Source: Bacteroidota bacterium (lineage in GTDB: Bacteria; Bacteroidota; Bacteroidia; Bacteroidales; F082). Taken from it: DNA of 64,000 bases. The notes below the pieces were generated by a model, which had not been told where the DNA came from, did no database searches, and saw only the letters and a list, made by a program, of their open reading frames with translations. This document shows positions 62,506 through 64,000 of this stretch, one piece after another. The first letter of the stretch is position 1. Every line of letters begins with the position of its first letter. Made by a program: the position numbers and the translations under genes. The DNA is taken from contig JAERTF010000154.1 in assembly GCA_016845105.1 (NCBI GenBank), forward strand, positions 25,311 to 89,310. The letters are read 5' to 3'.

Positions 62506-63726
62506 CTATGTCCGATTCAAAACAAGATCTTTGTAAAATTTAATTAAACCATCTACCAAACTATCATTATTATGATCCTTCAGAATTAGTTCGCGAGCAC
62601 TTTTGCCAATGGAGATATATTTTTTACGGTCTGATACTAATCCTTTAATTGCAGTAATGTATGAATTAGCATCGTTTGCAATTAGTATATTTATTCTATC
62701 GGTATAGTTTATACCCTCAGCACCAATTTTTGTTGATATTACTGTTCTTCCCAAAGCCATACTCTCAATTATCTTGATTCTGATACCACTTCCCGAGAAT
62801 AACGGAGCAATTGATATTGCCTTGGAATTTATAAAGTCGTAAGCGTTGGGCACTTCACCAACTACAATTACATTTTTTTGCTTACATGATAAAAGCCATT
62901 TGGGCATTTCTCTTCCGGCAAGATATAGTTTTAGGTTATCAAATTCATTACTTATTGAAGTCCAAACATTTTCTAAAAACCACTTAATTCCTTCTTCATT
63001 TGGAATCCAATTCATGGCGCCGATATGAAATATAGCAAACTCACTATCTTCAATATTAACCGGGTTTATGTAATTAATATTAATACCGAATGAAATAGTA
63101 ACAACTGGTGTTTTTGAAAAGTTTTTGAAAAATTCAGCATCTTTAATTGAAATTGGTACAATACCATCGTATTCATTTAGTATACCCTTTTCATAATGTT
63201 CTAGTGTTTTGGCCAGATACTTAAGGTATATCTTTTTGAGTGGGTTTTTTGTTATTGAAGCTACTCGTTTCCATATTAGGTGTTCTATATTATGTGCACG
63301 GAGTATTATTGATGCATTTGAGTTTTTGCGAATAGTATCAATATATGGCGACATAAATAATGTCTCTATTTGCACAATATCAAAGTTTTGTTTTTCCAGA
63401 ACATCAATAAGTTTTATGCGAAAGCTATGTGAGATAAATCGTTCAACATGGTAAGACTTTCCTGTAAAAAGATTTAGAAATGCATCAAGTGGTTTAATAC
63501 CAAGATCGATATAGACAAGCTCAATATTTGTTTTGTCTTTATACTCCGTGGGTATTTCTTTTGGATCGAAGTTGTATTTATTTGTATTAATAGCCAGCAC
63601 TTTAACCTTATGGCCCTTATTTATAACTCCTTCAATTAGATTATTCATTGCAATTGGTCCACCTTCTCGAGGAGGCCAAGGTGATTTATTGCAGATAAAT
63701 AATACGTTTAGTTTGCTATTTGCCAT
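62506..63726 (-). CDS. Family 4 glycosyltransferase
   Basis: The first track codon is TTG at 63729. ATG at 63724-63726 gives MANSKLNVLFICNKSPWPPREGGPIA, and GSGIRIKIIESMALGRTVIST is also present. Confidence 0.8.
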   Translation of the reverse strand: MANSKLNVLFICNKSPWPPREGGPIAMNNLIEGVINKGHKVKVLAINTNKYNFDPKEIPTEYKDKTNIELVYIDLGIKPLDAFLNLFTGKSYHVERFISHSFRIKLIDVLEKQNFDIVQIETLFMSPYIDTIRKNSNASIILRAHNIEHLIWKRVASITKNPLKKIYLKYLAKTLEHYEKGILNEYDGIVPISIKDAEFFKNFSKTPVVTISFGININYINPVNIEDSEFAIFHIGAMNWIPNEEGIKWFLENVWTSISNEFDNLKLYLAGREMPKWLLSCKQKNVIVVGEVPNAYDFINSKAISIAPLFSGSGIRIKIIESMALGRTVISTKIGAEGINYTDRINILIANDANSYITAIKGLVSDRKKYISIGKSARELILKDHNNDSLVDGLIKFYKDLVLNRT

Positions 63727-63730
63727 CAAT

Positions 63731-64000
63731 TTAGGTTAACTTCTTTTTGGACTTGAATTTCTTGAAAAAATGATTCCAGCTTTCTGTATCCATTAATTGT
63801 GCATCCGATGTTGCCTTGTAAGTTAAAAATAACCCCAGCGGCAGTACGATAAGGGTTGAGAGCCATAAACCAAATTCAACATTCCATTCTCCGGTTTTTA
63901 CTGCTTTTTCTCCTGTCATGGAAATAACATGGTATACCACAAAAAACAATACAGATACCACAACAGGTAATCCCAAACCGCCTTTCCTTATTATTGCTCC
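63731..64000 (-). CDS. LptF/LptG-family LPS export permease, C-terminal part only (5-prime end beyond the window)
   Basis: The reading frame is open to position 64000 (GAIIRKGGLGLPVVVSVLFFVVYHVISMTGEK...LPLGLFLTYKA). The M in the track entry is actually an internal TTG/Leu codon. Confidence 0.7.
   Translation of the reverse strand, partial: GAIIRKGGLGLPVVVSVLFFVVYHVISMTGEKAVKTGEWNVEFGLWLSTLIVLPLGLFLTYKATSDAQLMDTESWNHFFKKFKSKKKLT

Noticed and set aside
1-64000. Search by eye for CRISPR arrays, tRNA or rRNA genes, IS elements, integrases, phage genes, toxin-antitoxin pairs and defence-type NTPases or nucleases.
   Set aside because: None was found. Intergenic spacers are at most 308 bp. No regularly spaced direct repeats and no transposase-, recombinase- or nuclease-like ORFs were seen. 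A covariance-model scan (tRNAscan-SE, Infernal/Rfam) would be needed to exclude small RNAs formally.

Overview
This is an AT-rich chromosomal segment of Bacteroidota type. That assignment is inferred from four things: an S8 peptidase ending in a T9SS-type C-terminal sorting domain, recurrent TAnnTTTG -7 boxes 18-54 nt upstream of start codons, a dcw cluster with no murF or ddl, and a class-3 FBPase together with a PPi-type phosphofructokinase. I count about 52 protein genes, two of them cut by the window edges. I saw no rRNA, tRNA, CRISPR array, transposase or integrase.

The core content is as follows:
- mfd, fbp, aspartokinase, an S8 peptidase and pfp.
- A glycosylasparaginase plus an MFS sugar transporter, then a yqeY-like gene.
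- A complete mraZ-rsmH-ftsL-ftsI-murE-mraY-murD-ftsW-murG-murC-ftsQ-ftsA-ftsZ block at 34.2-49.6 kb.
- A TPR protein and a Zn-ribbon/Nif3 pair.
- lpxK-PNP-lpxH, gap and a thioredoxin-like gene.
- hisS-hutH, a nitroreductase, two GT4 glycosyltransferases and the 3-prime end of an lptF/G-type permease.

Two blocks look accessory and are the best candidates for uncharacterised biology:
1. 1-9952 is a divergent seven-gene cluster of mostly secreted proteins. They are built from LPP20/FlgP-like, CsgG/FlgO-like, transglutaminase-like, SBBP and Reg_prop propeller, TPR and SH3b modules. The cluster contains no recognisable enzyme pathway, transporter or regulator.
2. 21127-31206 is a tightly packed six-gene operon: GT2-DUF2062, a trifunctional MMPL/acyltransferase/methyltransferase fusion, an FAD oxidoreductase, a C45 acyltransferase-like protein, a PaaK/F390-like ligase and a DUF2141 protein. 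It resembles the tailoring and export half of aryl-polyene/flexirubin clusters but has no ketosynthase or ACP core nearby.

At the regulatory level, the mraZ upstream region carries three exact GTGGTAAA direct repeats in 10-bp phase abutting a TAnnTTTG box, which is a candidate MraZ operator. It also carries four copies of an 11-mer, TTATTAACAAT. Several genes can only initiate at TTG or GTG at stop-start junctions.

All family assignments come from motif reading by eye. No database search was run.
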